The translations under genes and the position numbers were made by a program. Below, in pieces: positions 1 through 38,565 of a stretch of 64,000 bases of DNA. The stretch lies in assembly GCF_009914755.1 (NCBI RefSeq), contig NC_060929.1; one strand, 5' to 3'. Under the pieces are notes generated by a model. That model saw only the letters and a list, made by a program, of their open reading frames with translations. It had not been told where the DNA came from and did no database searches. The first letter of the stretch is position 1, and every line of letters begins with the position of its first letter. The stretch comes from the human T2T-CHM13v2.0 reference genome, Homo sapiens.

Positions 1-496
1 TCAGCCTCCCAAGTAGCTGGGATTACAGGCACCCGCCACCATGCCTGGGTAACTTTTGTATTTTTGTATTTTATTTTATTTTATTTTATTTTTTATATTT
101 TATTTTATTTTATTTTATATTTTATTTTATTTTATTTTATTTTGAGACAGAGTCTCGTTCTGCTGCTCAGGCTGGAGTGCAGTGGCAGAATCTTGGCTCA
201 CTGCAACCTCCACCTCCCAGGTTCAGGTGTTTCTTCTGCCTCTGCCTCCTGAGTAGCTGGGACTACAGGTACACACCACCACACCTGGCTAATTTTTGTA
301 TTTTTAGTAGAGATGGGGTTTCACCATATTGGCCTGGCTGGTCTCAAACTCCTGACCTCATGATCCGCCCACCTCGGCCTCCCAAAGTGCTGGGATTACA
401 GGCGTGAGCCACCGCATCTGGCCTTTTAACTTTTGTATTTTTAGTAGAGACGGGATTTCACCAAGTTGGCCAGGCTGGTCTCGAACTCCTGGCCTT
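1..496 (-). mobile_element. Alu nested in the middle linker of another Alu
   Basis: The outer Alu (1-64, resuming at ~428-496) is interrupted by a complete Alu (~66-422) with a (TATTT)n tail. The target aacttttgtattttt is duplicated on both sides. Confidence 0.85.
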
Positions 497-509
497 ATTT
501 CCATTTTAA

Positions 510-1553
<1,044 letters not shown>

Positions 1554-2079
1554 CTTGTGAATTAATTTTAGAGTAGCAGTATTTACACTTGAAAATTTCA
1601 TGGGAATGAATAACATTAGTTTACCAAAAGGAAATGATATGCCAGCTCATAGTGAAGCTGCCTAGATGCTTGCTTTTGTAAACAGTATGTTATCAAGTCA
1701 CTGGCTCCCTGTATAGCCTTGGAGTTGGCTCTTGAGCAGGTTTTACTCTGCATTGAGCCTTATGAGACCCATAACTTGAAGTAAGACTGTTCTATTTCTT
1801 GGTAGAAATTATCTTAAAGGAGATGAATGGAGGAACAGGTATTTATCTGAAGTATCAGCATGTTTTTGGGTTTAAAAATTGAAAACTGGAAGGAATTTCA
1901 AAATTGAGTAATGTTTTTCTCTTTTCATTTTGTCTAACTGCACCATTCCCCAGTTACTCTATTCAAGTTTTCCTTTTGTATTAAATTTCATCGTATTTTC
2001 AGTCTCCCTTGACTCAAGATTGGGATCTTTCCCTTAAGGAAAGATGAATTGACTGGCCTTGAGTAGAGGCCATGTGGGG

Positions 2080-2310
2080 CAGTGGTTCCAGAGTTTGAGT
2101 TAGGCTACAGGGGTTCATACCTCACTTCTACTTTCCACTAGCTTAACTCTTGGTAGTAACTGAGCTTTCTGCCCGTGGTTCTTCATCTCTAAAATGGCAT
2201 AATAACTATATACCTACATCATAAGATTGTTAGGAAGAATGAAAGAATGTACGTGAAGTGCCTAGCGTGGTATCTAATATAGAAACCGTCATAAATGTCA
2301 GCTGCTATTG
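2080..2310 (+). mobile_element. MIR SINE
   Basis: Core ttcttcatctctaaaatggcataataa...aagtgcctagc...taaatgtcagctgctatt resembles the MIR consensus. Confidence 0.7.
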
Positions 2311-3480
2311 TGATACTTTCTCATCTACTTTTTCCTGAAGCAACTCATACTGATGCTGGGTTCCTCCTAAACCCAAACTTGTTTGTACTAAAAACCGTGT
2401 TTGTAATGGAAGCTGGTGCTGTACAGGTAAAATATTTCCAAGCCAAAACAATGTCAAAACAACAAGAAAAATCTAACGGGTTGATCTTCAGCCTCCTGTA
2501 CCCTCCATAGGAACTCCTAGTACGTGCTTTCCCAAGTCCCTTGTTGCTGCTTCGTGTATACATTATTATATTCGTTGACATCACAGGACAGGTGGTCCTT
2601 TTGATACAGTCAGTTAAAACGGTGATTCTAGTATTTTTTCTTGTCAATTTTATTGATAGCTCTTCTCCATTTTTTTCTGTATTTACCTTTACTTTGTTTG
2701 TAGGCGTCCCAGACAACCCTGATCACAATTGATTTGCAAATATTCCAGTTGAAATAACTATTAAAGAAATGGTAAGCATTAACCTCTGGAAGCCCTTAAA
2801 AATACCTTTAAATCTCCTTCAACAATTGTTTATTTAATAAATAGATCTTGTGTTAGGTATTTTTTAATTTTTAATTATTTTTCTTTTTTTTTTTTTTTTT
2901 TGGCATATGAAGTAAGAGCTATCCAGGTGCTTTTAACAGCCTCTCACACTTCACTAGAAATTTTACCCCACTATTAATTCTTTCTAATTATACCTACTTT
3001 TTTTTTAATGTTGGCATTTCTGATTAGTATTTTCATACTTACTCTAGCAAGATGTTGTATTTTAATATCTTTCATTGCACTTTTACATGTTTACTGTGGT
3101 TTGGGGTAGCTTTGCAAAGTCTAACCATAACTTAAAATATTGTCTATGGTAAAAAACAAAGTTAAATGTGCCTTTAGGGTACAATATATTTAATAATTGA
3201 GAACTGCCTATAATTCTTCACTTTTATTTCATTAGTGTGATTTTCAAAGGATCCAGATTTATATTTCTTAAGAAGAGTATGTAGGTATTTGTATATGCTG
3301 ATTTTTTTAACAAGCCAATTTATTTGACTGTGGAGGGTGGGGAGAAAGATTGGAAAAAAGTCAAGTTATTTGAAAATGCCCATTCCTGTTTGGTTGGGAA
3401 GGAGGGAAAAATGAATGTGATTTAAGATAGCTGGGCATATCTGTAGTTATTTCTTTATTATAAATATATTTTATTATACT

Positions 3481-8936
<5,456 letters not shown>

Positions 8937-9024
8937 TTCTTTCTTTCTTTTCTGCACCTGTTCCCATTGTGCTGACCTTCCTGCCTTCCTCCCTCCCCCA
9001 CCCTTCCTTTCATTTCTTTCTTGC

Positions 9025-10311
<1,287 letters not shown>

Positions 10312-10544
10312 TAACATGTATGTACAGAGTGTGTATGTACATTTTAATGAGAGGTATGTATTTTCCCAGGGGTAGAACACAGTCAAATTTACTGAAATTT
10401 ACTACTTATCTACAAAGGAAAGAATCTGAAAATCATTTTAAATATCAGTTTCTACAATATTTATCTTTGAACTAAAAAGAAATAAAAATATCAGTTTGGA
10501 GCATTACTTTATAAATTCAGATATTAGGGCTTTTTTTGTTTTTG

Positions 10545-12996
<2,452 letters not shown>

Positions 12997-13268
12997 TAAT
13001 AATTAGCAGGAATAATATAAAAATAATTCAGTAGTTTTACAAAGCAAGAACAGAGATGGGCAGTGTAAATGTGGAAATGTATGGCACTGGTCCTTATTTC
13101 TCAGTAGGGGAAACAGACCAAATGGACCTAAAGGCAGTTCCCAGGGCCACAGATGCAGTATCATTGCTGGGGTAGGTTCCTTCCATCCAAGTATCCTAAG
13201 TCACTCCCTTTCACAGTAATTATTTGCATGTTTTAATAATTAATGGTAAAGATATTACTTATAGATTT

Positions 13269-13986
13269 TGTGAAAGGAAAATAAATCTAGGGACCCCAAA
13301 CTCATTAAGCCAAAGGGAAAAGTTAAGCTGGGAACTGGGTCACACAAACCTGTCCCTTTTGGTTCCTAAATAAGATGGCTACAAGATGAAAAGCTACATG
13401 CTTCCGCCATATTTTGCCCACAAGCAAATTCATAGTGAGCTCCAAGATCTTTACCCTGAGGTTTTTCTGCTAAAATTTTACCATGGCAATGTAAATTGAT
13501 AGCATATCCTTACAGGTGCAGTCACCCCCCTGCCCACCAGACAAATGCATATCTGATTGTTCTCCTGCCCCATTTTGTTTGGGTTATCTTATGTAAAAGT
13601 GCCGTCTCTACAAATAATAATAATAATAATAATCAAAAAATTAGCCAGGCATAGTGGCACGTGACTGTAGTCCCAGCTACTCAGGAGGCTGAGACAGGAA
13701 GATCACTTAAGCCCTGGAGGTTGAGGTTATAATGAGCCATGATGGAGCCACTGTACTCCAGCATGGGTGAAAAAGCGAGAGGCTGTCTCTAAAAAAATAA
13801 AGTGCAGATTCACTGGGCCAGACAAAGGCGTGAATTACTATTTTCCCTAACCCCCCTTACATGAAAATTGTGTACTTCTCAGTAACCTGCCCTTTCCCCT
13901 TTAAATTTGGAGCCCTCAAAATTATCTTCAGAGAAAGGCGTAGACCTGTCTCCCGGGCATATTTCCTTAACTTTGGCAAATAACCC
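13269..13986 (+). mobile_element. MER4A-like ERV1 LTR, 3'-truncated, containing a 5'-truncated Alu (~13602-13800)
   Basis: Starts TGTGAAAGGAAAATAAATCTAGGGACCCCAAACTC (MER4 group). The inner Alu is flanked by aaagtgc. Confidence 0.75.
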
Positions 13987-14156
13987 TGCTGGGATTACAG
14001 GCGTGCACTACCATGCCCGGCTAATTTTTGTATTTTTAGTAGAGACAGGGTTTCACCATGTTGGCCAAGCTGCTGTCAAACTCCTGGCCTCAAGTGATCT
14101 GCCCGTCTAGGCCTCCCAAAGTGCTGGGATTACAGGCGTGAGCCACCATGCCCAAC
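13987..14156 (-). mobile_element. Alu lacking most of its right arm
   Basis: Begins abruptly at gctgggattacagg, directly after the LTR. Confidence 0.85.
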
Positions 14157-15624
14157 CTCTGCTTCATGTTTCTTAAGTGAATCAATAGAGCAAAATCATT
14201 TTCTAAAATCCTACAAGAGATATGTCAGATTTTGAAGCAGAAATTATCAAAGCTTTACTTTCCAGGCCCCTGCTCTTTGTCCTTCCTTTCTGCTGAATCC
14301 TGCTGTGGCCGTTTTTATGTTGTGCTGGTTGAGCTTCAGCACTTCTGAAACCCTTTGTGGTTGTATTCTCATTCAGATCCATCTGCGTTCTTATTCAGTG
14401 TGGCTCTCAGTGAATCTTCTCAAATTTAGCAAAATGCATCTTTCACATTTTAGGTGCATCTGCTGCATTTTAAATTAAGGCCTTCCCTCTTCATCTCAAA
14501 TATCCTTAATCCTAAATAATTCGACTTTCTTTATAATTCCTTTTAGTCTTTTATATGCATTATTTATAGTACCTTACACATTTTGCAGTTTATAACCTGC
14601 AAATGCCCATAGCTCAGTTTATTTATTCCCTGGACTTTGTCAGTTTTTAGTTAGCAAAATCAAAAATTAAGTTTTATAATTATATCAAGTTAGTGATTAT
14701 TTTTTCACCTGTTGAATTCTTTTATCATGAATTATAGGAAACGGTTTACACGAAAGTCTAATGCTTAGTAAATTGTATCTTTTGAAATGAAGTTATAAAA
14801 TGCATTCCCTGTATTTTAAGATTATTTGCCAATACTTAGATTAAAATAGTTTGACCAATTGAAATTAAAATTGTTTTTAAGGTAGTCTAGTATTGGAAAA
14901 ACATGAAACTTTATAGGAAAGAAGGCAGATTAATAAATTAGCAGTGTTAGGTGAGATGGCTTGGGCTTCTCTGCAAGAGTATTAAGTTTAGGTGCTGCAT
15001 AATAGCTTTGTAAAGTACTATTCTGTCTGAGGACAAAAAGCATGGTGGAAATAATAGATAAAAATGTTAATGTTTGGATAGAGTAACTGATATTCTGTCC
15101 TCAGTTATTGTACATATTTGTGTACAGTGGTATTGTGACTTAATTAATAATCATATAATGACTTGATGTTTTTGTGTTGGCAGAAAATAGTATCTAAACT
15201 TTGTATTACATTTACTTTATTGACCCTGTAAGAAGAGCCCAAAGAAGCCTAGTGTTTGAGGGTTCGCTTACTGTTGAATTGTGGCATTTGATCACTTGTA
15301 AATGACTCAGGGGGATTTTACTATTGAAAGATGTTGGCACCATTTTTTTCCCCTCATTCTTTTAACACTTTTGCTATTCCTGAAACCTGGTAGAAAACCA
15401 TTATCTCGAAGAAAGTGTTAGTTTTCAAGCGAAGTATAAGATAAAGGGCTTCTTTGTATGTACATATTCTTGGAAGAAGGGAATTATTGCCTTTGACCTA
15501 AAAGGAAGAGGCTGAGGCACAAAATATATTTGAAGAGTTTACTTGGGCCAAAGTAAGGACAGCTGCCGAGAAGACTCAGACCCAAGTATCCTTGAATATG
15601 CACGGTCTTTGTTACAAACAGGTT

Positions 15625-16775
<1,151 letters not shown>

Positions 16776-17129
16776 TAAATCATGATTTTTAAAAGCAAAT
16801 AATATTTCATCAGAATGAAAAGAGTTAATATAATTTTAATGGCCATTGCATTAAGGCCAACTTTGTTGAATGACCCATGCACTGGAGATAAGACCCTGGC
16901 CAATGCTGGAGAGAAACTAGGCTGATTTTGTCACTCTGTGCCTGCCTTCTAACGCTGAAGATCATTCTGTGATTCAGTAATAACAGTGTTTTTTCTTAGA
17001 ATAACTAAAAATGCTTCAGTAGAGGAACTGAACCATAAGAAATGAGTTTTGGCTCAATTTTAGTTTAAATAGTAGTCATTAATCTAACATAGAATGACAG
17101 TAAATGCAGTGAGAGAAAGAGTGGGAAAA

Positions 17130-17538
<409 letters not shown>

Positions 17539-17599
17539 TCAGAGATACTTGCCTCACTAACTGATGGTTAATATGGGGATATTAAGATATTTATTAAAG

Positions 17600-17763
17600 C
17601 AGTGCTTCTCAAAGTTTAATGTATACACTTATCACTTGGCAGTCTTAACTACAATTCAGAGTCCCATTCTGCAGATCTAAAGGTGAGGTTCTGGTTTCAT
17701 TTGTAACAAGTTCCTAGGTGACACCAATGTTGCTGGTCCCAGACCATACTTTGAGTAGCAAGG
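17600..17763. mobile_element. MER5A1-like hAT-Charlie DNA transposon fossil
   Basis: cagtgcttctcaaagttt...ccagaccatactttgagtagcaagg, with imperfect terminal inverted repeats. Confidence 0.7.
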
Positions 17764-18011
17764 TACCGTCACTTTGATATGGCCATTTAGTTAGTTGAAT
17801 TGAACTCTGTAGACTAAAGATTAAACAGGACGGATTGACCACATGCAATGTTCTTTTTCCCCCACTCTGTAGATGGGCTTACTGCTTATTAGAATGTGCT
17901 GCATTTATGGACTCAGTGTGATGTCCCACTCCCTCCTATGAACTTTCTCAGGGAGCATGATGACACGGCCTCACCCACTGTTTCCCACCCAGATTGCTCA
18001 TCTGTGATGAT

Positions 18012-18375
<364 letters not shown>

Positions 18376-18464
18376 TAGTCTTATTTGCAAGGTATTTGCC
18401 TCTCATTCACAGAGGCGTTCAGTTTTAAATTTGTTTGGGAGTTTGATTAATGTCTCTACAGATT

Positions 18465-18580
18465 AAGTAAGCTCTTTAGAAGCAGAGACGATGTCTGTTT
18501 GGTTCACCATTGTGTCCCTAGTGTCTGGTAGAATGTCTACCTAGTGGTAGAATCACAGAAATATTTGTTGGATAAATCAA
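18465..18580 (+). mobile_element. L2 3'-end fragment
   Basis: taagctctttagaagcagagacgatgtctgtttggttcaccattgtgtcccta...aaatatttgttggataaat. Confidence 0.6.
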
Positions 18581-18689
18581 TGCTGGGCACAGAGTGAGCA
18601 GTCCACAAATATCGTTCTTTCTTGACTAGTTAAGTATGTAAATCATGTATTAATACTTGTTAAATGACCAAGGTCAGGGGCGTTTTGTA

Positions 18690-18965
18690 TTTTTAATTGA
18701 TATAGTTGTACATATTTAGGTGGTACATGTGATATTTTGATATGCATATACAATGTATAATGATCACGTCAGGTAATTGCAATATCCATCACCTCAACCA
18801 TTTATCCTGTTTTTGTGTTGGGTACATTACAGTTCTTCCAACTGTTTTGAAATAAACAATAAATTACTGTTAACTATAATTTTCCTACTATACTGTTGAA
18901 TACCAGAATTTATTCCTTCTAACTGTATTTTTGTATCCATTAACCAACTTCTCTTCACCAAACCC
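18690..18965 (-). mobile_element. L1MA 3'-end fragment
   Basis: ttaattgatatagttgtacatattta...gtaattgcaatatccatcacctc resembles an L1MA 3'UTR. Confidence 0.7.
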
Positions 18966-19234
18966 CACACTGATGTTTGAATTGCTTCTTTTTGCTCTAG
19001 TTGACTATTAAAAACAAATAATAGAACCAACCAAAAAACCGCCTGTTAACAAAGTAGAAAGACAGACACAGCTTTGATCAGCTTACAAAAAATAGGTGTC
19101 AGCAGGTATGAAAATCAGTGTTAATTGGTTATTATGGCTTTATTTTGAATGATTTCTTTGTTTTACTTTTATGATAGTTTAACACATACAATGAAATATA
19201 ACATGTCTTTAGGCTTGTGTCATCTGTTTTTAAA

Positions 19235-27900
<8,666 letters not shown>

Positions 27901-28242
27901 ATAGAACTGCTTAGCTAATACTAGAGAAGTCAAAATTCTCCATATTAGTTTTAACAGTAGCCTTAAAAAAACAGAATGATAGCTAATATTTGTTTGGCAC
28001 TTTTTTTGTTATAAAAGCACTTTAATGTAGATTGTCTGATTTATCATGATTGTTAATAATACAGTGCTGCTACATGTTGTGCCAAAAATATGAACAGGAA
28101 ATGAGTCTGAAGTCTCAATTCAGCATGATTACACATATGAACTGATACAACAACTAAAATGAAAATAAGTGGGGAGAAAGATAGTAGTGGAAACTATAGG
28201 TATGAAAAGGAATAGAAGAATTTTGTGCCTTTGGGGAGGTGA

Positions 28243-29243
<1,001 letters not shown>

Positions 29244-29532
29244 TCATTCTTTTATAAAACTTTTATTTATAATTTTAATAATATTTATCACAGTTTGAAA
29301 TTCTTTGTCTCTAAAAGAACCATGGGGAAAAGAATAATTTTTTATAAAATTTAAATTATTTAAAAATTGTTTTCTGTTTATTCACTACACTGTAAGCTGT
29401 GAGGACCAGGACCATGTTTTTGTATGTCCAGCTCGTAGGCCAGTGCCTGACATGATTTTGAAGGAGGTGACAGGTAGAAATTGAAGAAATTTATTGGAAA
29501 TGTTCCAGATTTGGATGGTTTTCATTCTACTA

Positions 29533-29872
<340 letters not shown>

Positions 29873-30116
29873 AATGGGAAGTGTTAAGGCTAAGCTCAAT
29901 ACTTTGAGCCTCAAAAGAAATATTCAGGCCATGGTCTTGAGTAGTGAGACACCAGAAGTATGGAGATAGTGATGAAAAGCAGTCAATGCTTTTCATTCCC
30001 TCTTGCTTCTGTGTTTTAGGGTTCCGAGGTCCTGGCATGATAGGGAGAGTTCAAAGCAAGTATTTATAGGTTATTAGAATTGATTTTCTTAGTTGTGAAA
30101 CTGTCTTGTTCCACAG

Positions 30117-30290
30117 CTCTTGGATAAGCACAAGAATACAGAGAGCATGGTGGAGCTTCTGGACTTGTATCAGTTGGAGGATGAAGCCTACAGCAGCCTT
30201 GCAGAAGCTACAACCGAACTCTATCAGTATTTACTACAGCCATTCCGAGACATGAGAGAACTTGCCATGCTACGAAGACAGCAGATCAAG
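30117..30290 (+). CDS. JMY: JMY internal coding exon (probably exon 2), 174 nt, phase 0-0
   Basis: Acceptor ttgttccacag|CTC, donor AAG|gtattt. Encodes LLDKHKNTESMVELLDLYQLEDEAYSSLAEATTELYQYLLQPFRDMRELAMLRRQQIK, which I recognise as JMY and which continues in frame into the next exon. Confidence 0.96.
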
Positions 30291-30674
30291 GTATTTTTTT
30301 ATTAATCCTAACTAGTAGCCTGCCTGTTTCATAGTTCTCAGCCTGAAAGGCCACGCGTTATCCACAAGAGGAACTTTAAAAAAAAAAAAAAAGAAGGTAC
30401 CTGGTCCTATTTCTGCAAAGTTTCTTGTTTGGTAGAATAGGGTTGTAGCCTGAGTATCCATTCTAAAGCACCTCAAAAGGCAATTCTGCTGAGTAGCCAG
30501 GGTTGAGGATAGCCCAGAAAGTAATGTGTTCAAGTTAGCACAAAGTTGTAAATACATTGGGAGGATTCCTATTTTCTCCCTTTCCTGCACTTTCCTTCCT
30601 CCTCTAGTCATGTCTCCTTTTTAATGTTTTGGAGACTGTGTACTCTTAGACTTCATTACCAGAAATTTTGGGCA

Positions 30675-32394
<1,720 letters not shown>

Positions 32395-33202
32395 TAAGAA
32401 CTTGACTAGAAGGCCAGGAATAAACTGGACGACCTGGATACCCACCTACTTTAGACTGCTGCATTGTTTAGCAGACATAATCTCTATAGCACAGCACTGA
32501 CTATCCAGAATCTGTACACATTCTTTTACATAATTATATCATGATTTGTATTGGGTATTAATATTAGCAAATTGGTTGACCCTACTTGTCAGCCTATATT
32601 GTCCACTAGCATCACTTAACTGCTACATTTTTCCTGGGAAGTAGAATGTAGGTGAAGAGGAACAGAAAACATATTTTGAAAATTTGTGTCTTTTCTGACA
32701 GTAAAAATGGTATTTCACTGCATTTCTTTTTCTAAGACATTGAGAAAATGCCCCATCAATCATGACTATTCTTTTATTCTTGATCCTACTTGTGAATTTG
32801 CAGATATAAGTTTTTGTTAGCCAACAACTAGATTTAGTTAGCAACTCATACATTACATTAGATTGAGTGTGTTGTATTGCTTTAAAAAGATCCGCTAATT
32901 TAATTATCACACAACCTTGTAAGTTGGGTACTCTTATTATTTGTATTTTCCTACTTCATAGATAAGAAAACTAATATTGGGATAATTATGTACTTGTTCA
33001 CAGCTAATTTGTAAGTGGTAGAACTGATACAGTACTCAAATCAGGCATTTCTGATTCCAAAGATTTTTTTTTTTAACTGCATTACTGGTTACTTGTTACT
33101 TCTAAGTTAAAAAATCTACTCAGACTTTTTAAATCTGGAGGAGCTAAAAAAAAAAAAGCAAGTATAATTGATTAGCAAAGTAGTTGTTTTAAGTATTACT
33201 AA

Positions 33203-33552
<350 letters not shown>

Positions 33553-33561
33553 AGAAATTAA

Positions 33562-33584
<23 letters not shown>

Positions 33585-33592
<8 letters not shown>

Positions 33593-33773
33593 AAACCTTT
33601 TTGTTAAAAACTGGAGCACAATCACACATCTAGGGCCTACCCAGGATCAGGATCATCGAGATGTCACTAGGCCAATCAAACAGATTTTTCAGCTCCAATA
33701 TAATTTTATCAAACCCCTATTGTATATGTGTTTCATTGTTGACTGAAACATCATTACGCAGCACGTGACTATA
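33585..33773 (+). mobile_element. Tigger3-like (TcMar) DNA transposon end
   Basis: caggatcatcgagatgtcactagg...gttgactgaaacatcattacgcagcacgtgacta resembles the Tigger3 terminus. Confidence 0.7.
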
Positions 33774-33779
33774 ATAGAA

Positions 33780-34680
<901 letters not shown>

Positions 34681-35189
34681 ATGTGAAGAATGTACACACT
34701 TATATAAGAAGCACACAAAATGGGGTGATCAGTGCCTAAAGATATATGTGAAAAGAGGGACTATCTAGTGCTTCACTATTGAAGAATGAATAAGAATTTT
34801 CAGTAGGAAGTGGGTACGTTACAATCTCTGTCAGAGATTGGAATAGAGAATATTCCTGATGAAGAGATGTACAAAGAGGAATGGTTTAGTGCTTATACTT
34901 AGTGCTTGTGCTTTAACCAGGTAATGTGGTATTGGCACTAACTTAATTGAATCTTCACACCAATCCAGCACCATTGATGGTTGCCAGAAAGTAGCGTGGT
35001 TGGGATTGAACACGTGTTTGATAGCAAAACCTGCTGTTATCCACAGGGTGTGAATTGTTTGGTATGCTTTTAGTCTAAGGATTTATAGAAGATGAGAGGA
35101 AAGATGGTTGGAATGTTATTATATTCTATGGACAGTTGTGTCTGTTGGGTTCTAATCAAAATATCAAACCGGTTATTTCAACAGAGAAT

Positions 35190-35494
35190 GATAATAATAA
35201 TAATAATTATTATTATTTTGAGACGGAGTTTCACTCTTGTTGCCCAGGCTGGAGTGCAGTGGTGCAATCTCACCGCAACCTCTGCTTCCCGGGTTCAAGC
35301 AATTCTCCTGCCTCAGCCTCCCGGAGTAGCTGGGATTACAGGCATGTGCCGCAATGCCTGGCTAATTTTGTATTTTTTAGTAGAGGGGGGTTTCCTCCAT
35401 GTTAGGCTGGTCTTGAACTCCCGACCTCAGGTGATCCACCCGCCTCTGCCTCCCAAAGTGCTGGGATTACAGGTGTGAGCCACTGCACCCAGCC
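35190..35494 (-). mobile_element. AluS with an (ATA)n(ATT)n tail
   Basis: Flanked by the TSD tcaacagaga. Confidence 0.88.
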
Positions 35495-35819
35495 GTCAAC
35501 AGAGAGAATTTAATATAAAGAATTTGTTAACTAGGTATAAAGTAGTTAACCAAATAATTGACCTTTTCTCTTTATGAAGAGCTTGATTTCCAATGGTTTC
35601 ATTAACCTAGGTATTAAAGTATGATAGGAAAGAAGAGAACTTGGCATCCCAAATGTATAATGTATTTATATTTGTTTTTACATTTAATATTTATGATATT
35701 AACATAATATCTCACCTGTTAAGTATTAAGCAGCTCCTGCCTACCCAGCATTATTTTAGGCCAGGAAGTCTTTCTGAGATAGACACCCCTTTAGGGAGCT
35801 CACAGATTCTAAGTCTACT

Positions 35820-36010
35820 ACATTGGGTCTCAAAAATGTGATCACCTGACTAGTAGTATCAGTATAACCTGGAATCCTGTAGAAATACAGATTCTTGGGC
35901 TTCACCTCAGATCTTCTCTACTGAAACTCTAGGAATGGACCTCAGCAATCTTTGTTTTGACAAGCTTTCCAGGTGATTATGATACACACTTAAGTTTGAG
36001 AACCACTAGC
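35820..36010. mobile_element. MER5A hAT-Charlie fossil
   Basis: gaaatacagattcttgggcttcacctcaga...caggtgattatgatacacacttaagtttgagaaccact. Confidence 0.75.
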
Positions 36011-36258
36011 CTAATAAAACAGGACTTGAAACAGCTTAGGGATTTCACATACTGAACTGAAGGTTACAATTTTTCTGGGTCTGAGTTTTTCTGGGTCTTA
36101 CCAAATTGACTGCAGTATTAAATCTACAAAACTTCAAAAGTCAGTTAGAAACAGCATTAAAAAGTGCAAAAAGCGTGTTTGTATTCTTTGTATTTGTAGC
36201 TATAAACACATTTTGAAGGTAAAGATATTAATCCAACAGCAAGGTACAAATTACTTTC

Positions 36259-37155
<897 letters not shown>

Positions 37156-38565
37156 TTACTTTCAAATGAAAGTAAAATGAAGTTGAAACTAGACGAACCT
37201 CTAGATTTTTAAATCCAGTGTCTTTAATGAGTCAGAGCCAGCTGGACTATACTCATCATCTTGATCAACCATAAGCACTTCAGACAGATTGTCCAACTTA
37301 TTTTTAAATACTTCCTGAAAGTAAATAAGCTAGAAACTGGAAGGCACTTGCATTTCTTTCTGTTGTAGCCAGTCACCTCATTTTGCCAGTTGTCTCCTAG
37401 TAAATTCTTGAATGTGCATTTCATTCTTATCCCAACCCCCAGGGCAAGTCTGTAGGTGCCTTTCTGTGAAATAGAAAACTGCACCCCCTGCCCCCCACCC
37501 GCCCACTGCCAGTCACCCATCAAACAAATTAGGAAAGAGCCCTTTTTCATCAAGTGTAGAAATACACATGGCCTGGCAAAGCATGGGCTGCATTTCAGTA
37601 TCTACTCCATCCCCTTGGCTGGGTGCTATTTATTGTGCAGGGTGCAGTTTTTACCACTGTATGCATCCACCGCATGCACACTGTGAACTAGGTAGTGCCA
37701 CCATTATACATTAAGATACTCATATCTCACCTGAGCTATACTTTCCTTTAGTTCACTAGAGTTTCGATTTCTCTTTTTTTTTTTTTAAGCATAGTTTCTC
37801 ACACTTGGCTTAGCTATAAGAATCTCTCAACAATATTTGCTCTGAATATAAAAACCCATGAATAGATACTAAGCTAATCATGTTGTTAGATCATTCAAGA
37901 GTCATCTTCAGGCAACTCCAGGGTCTGGAATATTTGCATTGTGGGTGCTGTTACATTAGTATATTCACAGTTTTTTCCCCCTCATCTTCTTCATGATGGT
38001 ACATTCACAGATTTATCTTGGCATTGTTTTACCAAAGAATCTAAGGTGGATTTCCCCCCTACTGTGTTTCTTACATAAAAGCCAGTATCCAAGTGCTGTG
38101 CTTCATAATAATTCCACGTCAGGTAATTTGTATTTATAAACTAGTTTCGCTATCCTAGCTGACACGCGCTTTTTTCCGTGTTAAAAACAGGCACTGTTTT
38201 CTTTCTAGCACTGAAATTGAAAACAGAGGTGTCATTGTTTTTAGCACATGATCCATCTAACCAGTGCTGCACATCTTCAAATTTGCCAAGTTAGGAAAAG
38301 TACTTAGTACCCTTGTTTAATGTCTTAGGTACAATAAACTATTAAACAAGTTGCTTACGAGTTGGCTGCAACATTAAAGCTACGAAACTTCAAAAATCAG
38401 TTAAAAGACAGCATTAAAAAGCATAGAAAGCATGTTTATGTTCTTTGTATTTGTAGCTGTACTCATAAAGGTAAAGACATTAATCCACAACAAAGTACAA
38501 GTTACTTTCAAATAACTTGCCACAGGTTAAAAAAAAATTTTTTTTGCCTCTTCAAAAAGCCTCAA

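Noticed and set aside
2345-2716. 123-aa minus-strand ORF in unique sequence
   Set aside because: Starts at TTG, has no recognisable homology and no poly(A)/TSD; probably a chance ORF.
37475-37651. 12-bp inverted repeat aaaactgcaccc / gggtgcagtttt about 150 bp apart
   Set aside because: No TSD or extended pairing; either chance or an unrecognised old transposon fragment.
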